DNA from: a virus
Taxonomy: Duplodnaviria > Caudoviricetes
Virus record (IMG/VR): IMGVR_UViG_3300042380_000133
Location: 1 to 26,032 of that record
Length of the DNA: 26,032 bases
Strand: one strand, 5' to 3'
The position numbers and the translations under genes were made by a program. Below, piece by piece: positions 15,664-24,036 of this stretch. The notes beneath the pieces were generated by a model. The model saw only the letters and a program-made list of their open reading frames with translations, did no database searches and was not told the origin of the DNA. Position 1 is the stretch's first letter, and every line of letters starts with the position of its first letter.

Positions 15664-16874
15664 CCGATTCGAGCCATGATCCACACATGCCTAGTCGTTT
15701 CCTGTGCGCTGCCGAGGATGTCGTTGCCAGAATCATTGCCAACAGCGGCGCTGCACGGGTTTGCCTGATTGAACAACTTGATCTGGAACAGCCCGTTGGC
15801 GGTGTTGAACATGAACACCACTCCAATCCAAAGACCATTGTCAGGCCACAGACGAGGAGCCACGCTCCCAGACCCGAACCTCGTGTTCCATTGAATCGCT
15901 GCTGCGGCATCAAAGGTAGTGACCGGAGACGGAGCCGTTCCTGCCTGATTACCGAACGAGAGCAACGGCCTGCTTTGACTCGGATATGCGAATGGAGATA
16001 CAGGCTGGTATCCGAACAACTGTGCAAGCGGGATTGCGTCAAGGGCTTCAAGAGCATCCTTGACATCCTTGATGTTGTTCGTCCCGAGATCCACATTGCC
16101 GCTGAAGTTGGCTCCGCTGTGGAACACGGCGAAGTTCTGGGGAACAACGGCCGTCGAGTCCAAAGTCAGTTGCGCCGTGCCTCCAGCCGTGAACGCGATC
16201 TTGTCTGCGGCTGGAAAGTAGACTCCCGTATTGGTGTCTCCGGTAGTCGTGATGATCGGAGCAGACACCGTTCCCGCCTGCACGGTCACGATGTCGGCAT
16301 TTGCGTTTCCGAGAATCGTCGGTCCGTTGATGGTCGTTGTTCCATCCACGACAAGCGCGCTTGCCCCGGTGTCCTTGAGCGTAAGGCTCTTTGCCGTGAG
16401 TTCGACGCCTTCCGTTGCGCTCACGCCCCAGACATTCTGGGCGACCCAAGCCCGCCAAGTCCCGCTGTCGTACATGCGCGAATACGACTTCTGAGGCTGG
16501 GTTCCATCGCTGTCTGTCCAGAGGTTCTGAAGAACCTGATTGGATGCGAACTCCAGCACCAGCATGTTGAGTCCGCCATCGGCGGTCTTGATGTCGATGG
16601 GCGCAGACGGAGCATTGCTGATGCCAGCGATCCCGCTCCATCTGTAGACGCCTTGAACTCGGTTCGTCGCATCATTCAGGTCCGTCGCCGGGGATGAGAA
16701 GACCGGAAGAGTCCCGCCAAGGAACCGAAGGCTGGTCCAGATCGTCGATCCATCTCCGATCTTGATCTGGTTCAAGGTCGTGTCGATGCCGATCTCGCCT
16801 TCGGCAAGCGTGGCTACCGGGGCTGTTGCCCAGTTTGCACTCGTGTCTCGACGGATCTGGATCTTCGCGGTCAT
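15660..16874 (-). CDS. Tail fibre / receptor-binding protein with Mtd_N-like N-terminal domain, about 404 aa
   Basis: Start ATG 16874 (ATGA overlap). MTAKIQIRRDTSANW...LAEGEIGIDTTLNQIKIGDG is the Mtd_N / hyaluronidase N-terminal signature. Then a knob-like segment (DLND...GVYRW...SNAP...YSRMYDSGTWRAW) and a fibre motif (GTVSAPIITTTGDTNTGVYFPAADKIAF). Confidence 0.85.
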   Translation of the reverse strand: MTAKIQIRRDTSANWATAPVATLAEGEIGIDTTLNQIKIGDGSTIWTSLRFLGGTLPVFSSPATDLNDATNRVQGVYRWSGIAGISNAPSAPIDIKTADGGLNMLVLEFASNQVLQNLWTDSDGTQPQKSYSRMYDSGTWRAWVAQNVWGVSATEGVELTAKSLTLKDTGASALVVDGTTTINGPTILGNANADIVTVQAGTVSAPIITTTGDTNTGVYFPAADKIAFTAGGTAQLTLDSTAVVPQNFAVFHSGANFSGNVDLGTNNIKDVKDALEALDAIPLAQLFGYQPVSPFAYPSQSRPLLSFGNQAGTAPSPVTTFDAAAAIQWNTRFGSGSVAPRLWPDNGLWIGVVFMFNTANGLFQIKLFNQANPCSAAVGNDSGNDILGSAQETTRHVWIMARIG

Positions 16875-17119
16875 TCGTGCGGCCCTTCGACAAAGGAGGG
16901 TGGAACCATGTACCACCCCTCCGGGATCTCAACCTCGTTCGGCGTCAGACGCCACTCGTTCTCGATCAGCGTGTACACCCGGCCCCTGAACGACGGACCC
17001 GCCCGAACCGGGTCGGTCTCGCGGATCAGCACCGCGCGACCGCAGCCACTCGCGCACCCGAGAACCAGCGCGAGAAAGCCGCCCATCGTCGCCATCAGGA
17101 TCGACCGCCACGGAACCAC
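16871..17119 (-). CDS. Putative o-spanin (Rz1-like lipoprotein), 74-82 aa
   Basis: VVPWRSILMATMGGFLALVLGCASGC|GRAVLIRETDPV: hydrophobic signal with lipobox-like ASGC, Pro-rich mature part, overlapping the preceding ORF in another frame. Start is uncertain (GTG 17119 or ATG 17095). Confidence 0.6.
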   Translation of the reverse strand: MVPWRSILMATMGGFLALVLGCASGCGRAVLIRETDPVRAGPSFRGRVYTLIENEWRLTPNEVEIPEGWYMVPPSFVEGPHE

Positions 17120-17186
17120 GCTCGATGCGATTCTCAAGCCACGAGAACAGCGCGAGAGCAATCTGGGCGACGATCCGTTCGAGCAT
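16929..17186 (-). CDS. Putative i-spanin (Rz-like), 85 aa
   Basis: GGAGG RBS before ATG 17186. N-terminal hydrophobic helix MLERIVAQIALALFSWL. Follows the holin and overlaps the lipoprotein ORF. Confidence 0.5.
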   Translation of the reverse strand: MLERIVAQIALALFSWLENRIERGSVAVDPDGDDGRLSRAGSRVREWLRSRGADPRDRPGSGGSVVQGPGVHADRERVASDAERG

Positions 17187-17220
17187 GATGCCTCCGGGTA
17201 CCAGTCGTCGTATCCGTCGT

Positions 17221-17430
17221 TCACTTCGCTCCGGCCTTCTCGCTCGACACCTTGTTGTCGCGGGCGGCGAGCAGACCAAACCCGGCGATCACGGATGCGA
17301 CCACGGCAGTCCAGTCGGCGACGGTCAGCGGATCGTTGTCGAAGGTCGCCGACAGAGCGCCGCCGACAGCGACGAGGATGGCGCCGATTCCGGCAACGGT
17401 GGTGCGCCACGACGGGGTGAACTCAGTCAT
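17221..17430 (-). CDS. Putative holin, 2 TM helices, 69 aa
   Basis: MTEFTPSWRTTVAGIGAILVAVGGALSATFD...WTAVVASVIAGFGLLAARDNKVSSEKAGAK: two hydrophobic helices, SWRTT..G and ARD motifs, charged tail. AGGAG upstream of ATG 17430. Confidence 0.7.
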   Translation of the reverse strand: MTEFTPSWRTTVAGIGAILVAVGGALSATFDNDPLTVADWTAVVASVIAGFGLLAARDNKVSSEKAGAK

Positions 17431-17674
17431 GCTTCTGCTCCTTGTTGTTTCGCTCCAGCACGGCCAACTGAAGGCTGATGTTGTGGAGCGAGTTGCGGAT
17501 CTCGTGGATGTGACGGTCGTGCTTGTGCAGGATCTCGTCTGTGCGTTTGCCATCGCCCTCAAGGCGCTGCTCGATCTTCGACAGCCTGTTCGAGATCCCG
17601 AACAGCACGGCGAACAGCGGGCCGAGCATTACGGTGAGCGGAACAGCGACGGCGAGCAGGTTCTCGATGGTCAT
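17423..17674 (-). CDS. Small membrane-anchored coiled-coil protein (holin/antiholin-like), 83 aa
   Basis: Start ATG 17674 (ATGA overlap with the adaptor stop). One N-terminal TM helix, then coiled coil (LSKIEQRLE...LAVLE). Confidence 0.6.
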   Translation of the reverse strand: MTIENLLAVAVPLTVMLGPLFAVLFGISNRLSKIEQRLEGDGKRTDEILHKHDRHIHEIRNSLHNISLQLAVLERNNKEQKHD

Positions 17675-18456
17675 GGCGACGGGGGAAGCGTGAACTCTCG
17701 GCGGTAGCGCGTCGGGTTGTCCACGAAAGACCCGCTGCGCTGTGACGGCAGTCGTCCGAGGTCGCGCTGCTGCAAGCCGTCCTTGATTGCAGCGGCGTTC
17801 CAGATTGGTCCATTGTCGATCTCGACGAGCCGCGCCGCAAGACCCTCGTCCTCGTACGCCATCGCGAATGCGCGGCAGTACGCGATCAGGAGAGCCTCGC
17901 AGTATGGCGGGATCGCGATGAGGTAGTCGCTCGAAGTGATCGAGCCGGACTCGCCAGACACCGGATCCCATCCGGCGCGGTACCGGATGATGATCGCGTC
18001 CGAAGTGGTCGCGCGCGGCGTCGGGTAGAGTTCGAGCCGTGTCGCCGGGAGTCCTGTCCCCGGCGTCAGCGGCGTCGTCGTCGATCCGACCATCCAAGGC
18101 CGGGAGAGCGCGGCGTAATACACGCCGTCGCTGAGTGCCGGGGCCATGCTCGCCCGCAGCAGTTCGATCTGATCCGGGGTCGTCATCTCGATGCGCCAGC
18201 CGAGTCCGGCCTTCGCGACGAGGCTGACGATCTCCTCCGCATTGTCAGGCAGCGGCGCCCAGTCCTGATTCGCCGTCAACTGCACGGGGCGAGCGGTCCG
18301 CTCGCGGAAGCGCCATTGACGGGAGAAGAGGTACTGCCCAGCCTGATTGACGACCTCGGCGACTCGCTGTTCCTGCGAGACACCGCTCACGATCGACGGT
18401 TGGCCGCCGAGCGCGAGGAGGATGTGCTGCTTGAGCGTCCCGTATTTGAGTGCCAT
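17671..18456 (-). CDS. Head-to-tail adaptor protein, 261 aa
   Basis: YGTLKQHI...VAEVVNQAGQYL...WRFRE...LTANQDWAPLP...LELYPTP...IRY...IPP..EALLIAY pattern of podovirus adaptor proteins. Follows the capsid and decoration genes. Confidence 0.8.
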   Translation of the reverse strand: MALKYGTLKQHILLALGGQPSIVSGVSQEQRVAEVVNQAGQYLFSRQWRFRERTARPVQLTANQDWAPLPDNAEEIVSLVAKAGLGWRIEMTTPDQIELLRASMAPALSDGVYYAALSRPWMVGSTTTPLTPGTGLPATRLELYPTPRATTSDAIIIRYRAGWDPVSGESGSITSSDYLIAIPPYCEALLIAYCRAFAMAYEDEGLAARLVEIDNGPIWNAAAIKDGLQQRDLGRLPSQRSGSFVDNPTRYRREFTLPPSP

Positions 18457-18461
18457 GCAAG

Positions 18462-18491
18462 CGGGTGGCCGTGGTTCCCCACGGCCACCCG
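18462..18491 (-). terminator. 13-bp perfect GC-rich hairpin after the capsid/decoration genes (terminator, attenuator or mRNA stabiliser)
   Basis: cgggtggccgtgg (18462-18474) / ccacggccacccg (18479-18491), with a GGAA tetraloop on the minus strand. U-tract is weak (CTTGC), ending 5 nt before the adaptor ATG. Confidence 0.6.
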
Positions 18492-18510
18492 GTAGAAGTT
18501 GTCGCGTTCA

Positions 18511-19011
18511 TCACGCAGCCGACGAGCCGAACTGATAGCCGTTGAACAGCACCTTGATCAGCACCGCGCTGTCTGCCGCCTGCGCCGCGAGTGCCACGGC
18601 GACGACCGGATTTGCACCGCTCGAAGCCTTGACGAGATCGGCACTCGCTCCGGGGATGAGACCATCACCAGCCGCGACATCGGTCGTTCCTTCGACATAA
18701 GCCGAAACCACGCCGTGGACGCAGACCTTGCACCGGGCGCCAGCAGCAGCACCCTCGGTGACGACGCCCCAGATTCCGCACTCCTTGCCGTTGCTGACTG
18801 CCGTTCCGAGGATGACGACATTGAAGGGACACTTCTTGTTGTCGTAGTCCTCCAGAGCGGATGACAGCGTGTAGGTCGAGTTGGAAGAGGTAAGATCGAA
18901 CTGCACGATGTCGCCAACGGCGACGGCAACAGCCGCGATCGGGGTGACGATGATCGTCGCGGGTTCGATTGCCGCGAGATTTCCAGTTGACTTGAGAAGA
19001 CCGGGAATCAT
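18511..19011 (-). CDS. Capsid decoration/cement protein (DUF2190-like), 166 aa
   Basis: Directly after the major capsid gene with an AAAGGAGG RBS. Ala/Gly/Val-rich with AVAVGDIVQF, WGVVTEGAAAGARCKVCVHG, VAAGDGL, VVAVALAA motifs. Confidence 0.7.
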   Translation of the reverse strand: MIPGLLKSTGNLAAIEPATIIVTPIAAVAVAVGDIVQFDLTSSNSTYTLSSALEDYDNKKCPFNVVILGTAVSNGKECGIWGVVTEGAAAGARCKVCVHGVVSAYVEGTTDVAAGDGLIPGASADLVKASSGANPVVAVALAAQAADSAVLIKVLFNGYQFGSSAA

Positions 19012-19032
19012 GTGGTTGTCCCTCCTTTGGGA

Positions 19033-20358
19033 TCACGAGCAGTTGATGGGAGCCACGACGCCGTGACGCTGGCGGCTGTTGCAGAACAGGTTCGACCAGC
19101 AGTCCACGGGCTGCACATAGGTGAACGGCTGGTTCGGGTGACGGAGAACCTCATGCTGCTTGAAGTAGCGGCGAGCATGGAAGATCGGCGTCAGGTAGTT
19201 TCCGTTCACGAAGTAGTAGCGGGGAGCCTTCACGATGGTGTTGGCGCCGCTTTCCGTTCCGAAGTACCCGAATGCGCCGTCAGCGACCGCGCGTCCGTTG
19301 TAACCAGAGAGATCCTGCGTGACCGTCGTGGAATGCGCCGGGTAGATTGCGGCAGAATCGAGATCGGAGCAGTAGGTGACATCGACACCCGCGTACGACG
19401 GGCTGCTGTACGAGGCATCCTGATACGACACAAGCGTGTCGTTCGAGAGACGGAGCGCATTCCGGTAGTTCTGGACGCCCTGACGCGAGGTCAGGATCAT
19501 CTGGCGGTTGAGCGTGTCGTTCTCGAAGTACTGCTGACGGGTCGATGGCGCCTCGTACTTCAGGCGCATGAACATGACATCCATCGCGTTGAACAGGTTG
19601 CCGACATTCGCGGTGGTGGCGCCGTCCTGCGAGTAGACCGTGTTGGTGCTGAGGCTGCGCTCGGTGACCGCGCCCCATTGGGCATTGGTCGGATTGAGCG
19701 CGTTCGGCTGGCAGTCGTACAACTCGACGAGGTTCGTCCAGCGGTTCTCCGTGAACGGAGAGATGCGCATGATGGTCGAAGCGGTGTTGCTCGCGCTGGT
19801 GTACGGAGCCATGCCGCGACGGCCGAGGGAGTTCGAGAACCCCTTGGCGACCTCGGTGATGAAGTAAGGAAGGGAGTACGGCAACTTGCCGCTCTCGTCC
19901 TCCATGCCGGAGACGCTGGGGACAGCCCACAGGTCTTCCTCGAAGCCGTTGAGCATCGAGGTCCACATGCGCTGCTCCTTGATGCGCTTCAGTCGCTTGT
20001 AGGCGACCTTGGTCGAGGCGGCCGTCTCGCCGCTGTTGAGTTCGACCTCGGCATCGGTCCACGACATGTGGTCGATGTGGAAGCGCCACGGGCAGCGGAT
20101 GTAGTCCGTCACCTGCGGGTTGCGCCAGACGAAGGTGTCGTTGGGCTGGTAGTGGTCGTAGGTGCGCGAGTCATCGAACATGATGACATCGCGGATCTCG
20201 GTGCCACCCTGAATGGTCTGCTCGCTGGTCTTGCCCTTGAGGAGCCGGGAAAACGCGTAGGTGTTCTTGACTGCTTCGTTGATGACCTGATCCGCCGAAG
20301 TGAGGTAGGCAGGACCAGTCGCGGTCATGAAGTCGTTGAAAGTCTGGATCGAAGGCAT
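19033..20358 (-). CDS. Major capsid protein (HK97 fold), 441 aa
   Basis: AGGAGG RBS, strongly biased codons, position between scaffold and decoration genes. Motifs IQGGTEIRDVIMF, RRGM...IMRISP..ENRWTN, YAGVDVTYCSDL, YYFVNGNYL, NLFCNSRQRHGVV. Confidence 0.9.
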   Translation of the reverse strand: MPSIQTFNDFMTATGPAYLTSADQVINEAVKNTYAFSRLLKGKTSEQTIQGGTEIRDVIMFDDSRTYDHYQPNDTFVWRNPQVTDYIRCPWRFHIDHMSWTDAEVELNSGETAASTKVAYKRLKRIKEQRMWTSMLNGFEEDLWAVPSVSGMEDESGKLPYSLPYFITEVAKGFSNSLGRRGMAPYTSASNTASTIMRISPFTENRWTNLVELYDCQPNALNPTNAQWGAVTERSLSTNTVYSQDGATTANVGNLFNAMDVMFMRLKYEAPSTRQQYFENDTLNRQMILTSRQGVQNYRNALRLSNDTLVSYQDASYSSPSYAGVDVTYCSDLDSAAIYPAHSTTVTQDLSGYNGRAVADGAFGYFGTESGANTIVKAPRYYFVNGNYLTPIFHARRYFKQHEVLRHPNQPFTYVQPVDCWSNLFCNSRQRHGVVAPINCS

Positions 20359-20371
20359 GATGCCCTCCTAT

Positions 20372-21247
20372 TCATCGGGTTGCGATGCGGAACGCATCCT
20401 GACGGGTTCCGCCGGACAGCAGGATGTCGAGTACGGCGTCCTCGCGGTCGATCTCGCGGACCGGACGCATCGGCTGCTTGCCGATCGTCGGCCGCGCGAT
20501 GTTGCGCGGATCTGCCTTCTTCGTTTCGCCTGCATGGCGGCGGAAAGCCTCGCGGAAGATGCTCTCCACGGAGTCGAATGATCCGGGATTCTCCCGGCCG
20601 ATAGCGGCTGCCTCGGCAACGACATCGTCGAACGACGGTGCGCGCTGCCCGTATTCAGCCGCGATCCGCGTATAGGCCATCTCGCTCTTGTGCCGCGTCT
20701 CGATGTCGCGCGTCTTCTCGTCGAACTCTGCGCGCAATCGGTCCGCAAGCGAGCGAATCGGCTTCACCGCGTCGTCGCCGAAGATCTCGCCGAACTCGGA
20801 CAGCGGATCCGCATCGGATTCGCCATCCTCCGTGTTGGCAGACGCCTTCGGAGACGAGTTCGGTGCCTCGGTGGCCTTCGCTTCCGCGTTGGCCTTCTTG
20901 GAACCGAACGAATCCACATCGGCCTGACGCTTCGCCGCCTTCAAGCCCCACTCCTTCACCTTGGAAGGGTCTGACTTGATCGACTCGATGATGTCGGCCG
21001 GGACGCCGTCACGCTGCAATGCCTTCAGCGCCCGATCGAAGTCGGGATCTGGAGCAGCGGGAGCCTGCGTCCGAACTGGCTGCTGTGGAGCAGCCTTGTC
21101 TTCCCCAAGAAGCCTGTCGAGAACCGCGTCCTCGTTCGCGGAGTTGTCCATTTCCGGCGGCAGAACCGCAGAAACGGCTTCCTGAACGGGAGTTGCGTTC
21201 ACAACCTCGCTGGTCGGGGCAGATGGATTGATCTCGGGTTCTGGCAT
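20372..21247 (-). CDS. Capsid scaffolding protein, about 291 aa
   Basis: Start moved to ATG 21247 (AAGGA upstream). Acidic, Pro-rich N-terminus and helical body, immediately upstream of the major capsid gene. Confidence 0.7.
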   Translation of the reverse strand: MPEPEINPSAPTSEVVNATPVQEAVSAVLPPEMDNSANEDAVLDRLLGEDKAAPQQPVRTQAPAAPDPDFDRALKALQRDGVPADIIESIKSDPSKVKEWGLKAAKRQADVDSFGSKKANAEAKATEAPNSSPKASANTEDGESDADPLSEFGEIFGDDAVKPIRSLADRLRAEFDEKTRDIETRHKSEMAYTRIAAEYGQRAPSFDDVVAEAAAIGRENPGSFDSVESIFREAFRRHAGETKKADPRNIARPTIGKQPMRPVREIDREDAVLDILLSGGTRQDAFRIATR

Positions 21248-21248
21248 T

Positions 21249-21542
21249 TCAGTCCTTCTCGAATCCATGCTGCGCCATGATGTTCCGTTCATGGCGCTTC
21301 GACATGACGACAGGCTTCCCGTCGCGTGTGGTCGAGCATCCCGGCAGCCGACGCGGAAGTGCGTTGCTCACATAGGGATACTGCGACCTGTTCGTCGCCG
21401 GATCGACCTGCATCGACGATGCGATGCGGATCAGTTGCTTGCCGTCGTGATCGATAATACTGCCGATGGCTGGCGCTTCGCGCATCGACATGGAGATTTC
21501 AACCACATTTCCGTCTTTGTCGAGGAACTCGTAGATCATCAC
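21249..21542 (-). CDS. Small FmdB-like protein with degenerate zinc ribbon, 97 aa
   Basis: MIYEF...GNVVEISMSMREAP resembles the FmdB MP.YEY.C..CG..FE....M motif but lacks the cysteines. Sits between portal and scaffold; GTGA overlap with the portal stop. Confidence 0.55.
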   Translation of the reverse strand: MMIYEFLDKDGNVVEISMSMREAPAIGSIIDHDGKQLIRIASSMQVDPATNRSQYPYVSNALPRRLPGCSTTRDGKPVVMSKRHERNIMAQHGFEKD

Positions 21543-23317
21543 ATGGCCCTGTTGGCTGCGGTCTGGAGTCCGGCGAGGCTCGATGCCGGAATCGGGTTGG
21601 GTTCGCCCATCGCGTTCGGAGGACGGCCGCCCTGCTGCGGGAGTCCGCCCATGCCGCCGCCCTGCGACTGGGCAGCAGCGGCCTGCTGGATGGCGCCCAT
21701 GTCGATCATGTCGGCAAGGTGCGGGATGTTCAGCGCGTCACCAACGACGGAGAGGATCTCTCGCCACTTGATGAACGGCATCGCCATCATGCCCTGAGCC
21801 ACACTTGTGGTGATCTGGAGCATCTCCATCGCGCGCTTCTGGAGGAGCGCCTCGGAGACACGCTCCATTGAGTACGCATCGACGCCGACTTCGAGATCCT
21901 CCCAGCCGGATGCGCGGACGCCTCCGACGAAGAGTGGATTTGACTCAAGAAGCATCTCGACGCCTTCCCGGCCAAGGGGCAGGACGATGCGATCGTCGTG
22001 CCACATGTACCAGCAGACCGAGCGCGCGAGGTCATCGACCGACTCTTGGAACTGGCGCTTCAGGTGTGCCATGCGCATGGTCGCGCTGGACTCGGCGACA
22101 GCGACCTCGGTGGCCGTGGCAGCGCCGCTGATGTTGCCGCGCATGGCGTCGTGGATGCCCGAGACGCGATCGAGGCGGTCCTGCGCGATCTGCGAGTACT
22201 GCACCTGCTGCTGGGTGATTCCGCCGACCTCAAGGTTGACGACACGGTCCTTGTCGAGGCTCTCCGAAAGGACGATGTAGTCGTGCGGCTTGTCCTTGAT
22301 GTCCTGCGCTAGTTTCGCGTTGCGCGCGTCCACCATGACGAGGCGCTTGTACGCGGCCGCGCTCGACCGGACGCTCGTCAGGTGCGAGTTGAGGTCGTCG
22401 ATCTGGGACTGGATCGCCATCAGCGGGGACAGCGGGTACGGGTCGTCCGGGACCGTGTACACGCCGAAGACGGTGTACGGGCCGCTTCGAGGTCCGAAGT
22501 ACGGGATCGGTCGCCGGATGTACCCGTCGTACTTGCTGGACTTGGAGCGACCCTTCACGAAGGTGAAGATCGTGCCGTTCACGAGGCCGGGTCCGGCCAG
22601 TTCGTCGAACATCTCGGCTGCCGACTGATCCGCCTCCGGCACCCAAACCTCGTAGACGGCGAACTCCTTGCGCTCCTCGATGTCGCGGCCGTTGTCGTCG
22701 CGGACCTCGTTGAGGTCGGTGCCGGACGGGATCGACTCGATGGCCTCGCGGTCCCAAGTGTCGTCCAACTCGGCCTTCGCGAGGAGGTCTTCCTTGTCGA
22801 TCGCGTAGCAATGGCCCATGTACCGGGAGTCCTCGATGTTGCTCGCGGCCGGGTCCATGAAGAACCGCTCGGGCGACAGCCTGTACACGCGCGGAAGGTA
22901 CGGCTCCTTGCCGTCGATGCGGCGCGACTCTGGCCGTGGCTCGCTCGCCGTGATCGCAACGCCGTACGCGAACATCATGTCCACCGCGATGCGCTCAAGG
23001 GTCCGGCGCAACTTGGTGATGCGCGACCATCGGTTGACCGCGATCTGGAGCCGCTTGCCGATCATCAGGTCGAGCATCGGGTCTGCGAGCCTGATCCGGA
23101 ACTTCGGCGTGTCGTGGATGATTCGCGGAAGCACCAGCGACACATACTCGTGGCCGAAGTTCTCCGGGTCGTCGATGTACGCATCGTTGCGGTCCTCCCG
23201 GAACGACGGTCCGTGGTACTTCTCGACCATCGTGCGCAGCGACGAGAGATGCACATCGCGGAAGCGCTCCGCGCTCTCGACCTCGCGACGAATCGAATCG
23301 AACGACATGTCGAGCAT
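21539..23317 (-). CDS. Portal protein (P22-like), 592 aa
   Basis: Motifs VYRLSPERFFMDPAA, AVYEVW, IQSQIDDLN, LDRVSGIHDAMRG...ATATEV and a Gln/Gly/Met-rich tail. Located between terminase and scaffold/capsid genes. Confidence 0.9.
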   Translation of the reverse strand: MLDMSFDSIRREVESAERFRDVHLSSLRTMVEKYHGPSFREDRNDAYIDDPENFGHEYVSLVLPRIIHDTPKFRIRLADPMLDLMIGKRLQIAVNRWSRITKLRRTLERIAVDMMFAYGVAITASEPRPESRRIDGKEPYLPRVYRLSPERFFMDPAASNIEDSRYMGHCYAIDKEDLLAKAELDDTWDREAIESIPSGTDLNEVRDDNGRDIEERKEFAVYEVWVPEADQSAAEMFDELAGPGLVNGTIFTFVKGRSKSSKYDGYIRRPIPYFGPRSGPYTVFGVYTVPDDPYPLSPLMAIQSQIDDLNSHLTSVRSSAAAYKRLVMVDARNAKLAQDIKDKPHDYIVLSESLDKDRVVNLEVGGITQQQVQYSQIAQDRLDRVSGIHDAMRGNISGAATATEVAVAESSATMRMAHLKRQFQESVDDLARSVCWYMWHDDRIVLPLGREGVEMLLESNPLFVGGVRASGWEDLEVGVDAYSMERVSEALLQKRAMEMLQITTSVAQGMMAMPFIKWREILSVVGDALNIPHLADMIDMGAIQQAAAAQSQGGGMGGLPQQGGRPPNAMGEPNPIPASSLAGLQTAANRAM

Positions 23318-23320
23318 GGA

Positions 23321-23416
23321 TCAGCCCTTCTTCCGAGGCTTCGGTGCTGGCTTCTTCTTGGCGGACTGTTTCCCGTGGAACACGCGCTGCTTCTGGCTCG
23401 AAACGACTCGCGGCAT
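23321..23416 (-). CDS. Tiny basic peptide, 31 aa (MPRVVSSQKQRVFHGKQSAKKKPAPKPRKKG)
   Basis: TGATG coupling to the upstream ORF; fills the gap to the portal start. Below the ORF-track cutoff. Confidence 0.5.
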   Translation of the reverse strand: MPRVVSSQKQRVFHGKQSAKKKPAPKPRKKG

Positions 23417-23547
23417 CACCGCCGTCCCTTCTTCGCGGCCTTCTTGGGCAGCGACTTCATGTTTGGAGTCTCCTTCGCCCACCGCTTCGCCGTCTTCGGC
23501 ATGGTGGAGAACATGTACTTCTGCTGGGCCTTCGACTTGAACGGCAT
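23416..23547 (-). CDS. Small basic protein, 43 aa (MPFKSKAQQKYMFSTMPKTAKRWAKETPNMKSLPKKAAKKGRR)
   Basis: TGATG coupling to the HNH stop. The MPFKS.AQ...M....P..AKRW pattern is one I recall from small phage proteins. Confidence 0.7.
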   Translation of the reverse strand: MPFKSKAQQKYMFSTMPKTAKRWAKETPNMKSLPKKAAKKGRR

Positions 23548-23768
23548 CACTTCTTGCTCCGGTTGACGGACTTGTGGACCACGCGCAGGTTCGACCTTCG
23601 GTTGTCGCGCGGATTTCCGTTCACATGGTCGATGTCATTGCCGTCGCCCTTGCGGACGCGGCCATTGCGCTCGGCCTCGCGGCGGACACGGTTCCTCGAC
23701 GCGCGGTCCTTCTTCGACGCGGTCGATGACTGGAACTTCGCGTACTCGCGCTTGTAGTCACGGGGCAT
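23547..23768 (-). CDS. Minimal HNH endonuclease-like protein, 73 aa
   Basis: MPRDYKREY...RVRKGDGNDIDHVNGNPRDNRRSNLRVVHKSVNRS: DH...N...N HNH motif. AAGGAG upstream of ATG 23768. Confidence 0.8.
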   Translation of the reverse strand: MPRDYKREYAKFQSSTASKKDRASRNRVRREAERNGRVRKGDGNDIDHVNGNPRDNRRSNLRVVHKSVNRSKK

Positions 23769-24036
23769 TGGCAGGCTCCTTGAAGCAATCCCAGCCGAGT
23801 TGCCTAGCCACGCCTCGCGGATCGTCATACGACTGAGCGCACACAAGACGCCGCGCCTCGTCGCGCTCGGCGGTCAGGCGTTCGATCTCCTTCAACGCAA
23901 ACTCAATCGCAAGATGACCATCCTTGAATGGAGTACCGACGCTATCTGCTTCTGACTGATCTCCTCCGTAATCCATGATTTCCATGTAACGATTGCCAAG
24001 TTCAGACGCGATCTGCTTGCATATTTCGATGGTCAC
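23758..24036 (-). CDS. Hypothetical protein, 92 aa, paralogue 2 (EIERL.AERDEARR...GWDCF)
   Basis: GTGA-coupled start with GGAGGA upstream; C-terminal half paralogous to the ORF at 24033-24281. Confidence 0.7.
   Translation of the reverse strand: MTIEICKQIASELGNRYMEIMDYGGDQSEADSVGTPFKDGHLAIEFALKEIERLTAERDEARRLVCAQSYDDPRGVARQLGWDCFKEPANAP

Noticed and set aside
15660-16874. Diversity-generating retroelement targeting the Mtd_N-containing fibre
   Set aside because: Mtd_N is only an anchoring domain. I saw no reverse transcriptase, no template/variable repeat pair and no C-type lectin signature in the window.
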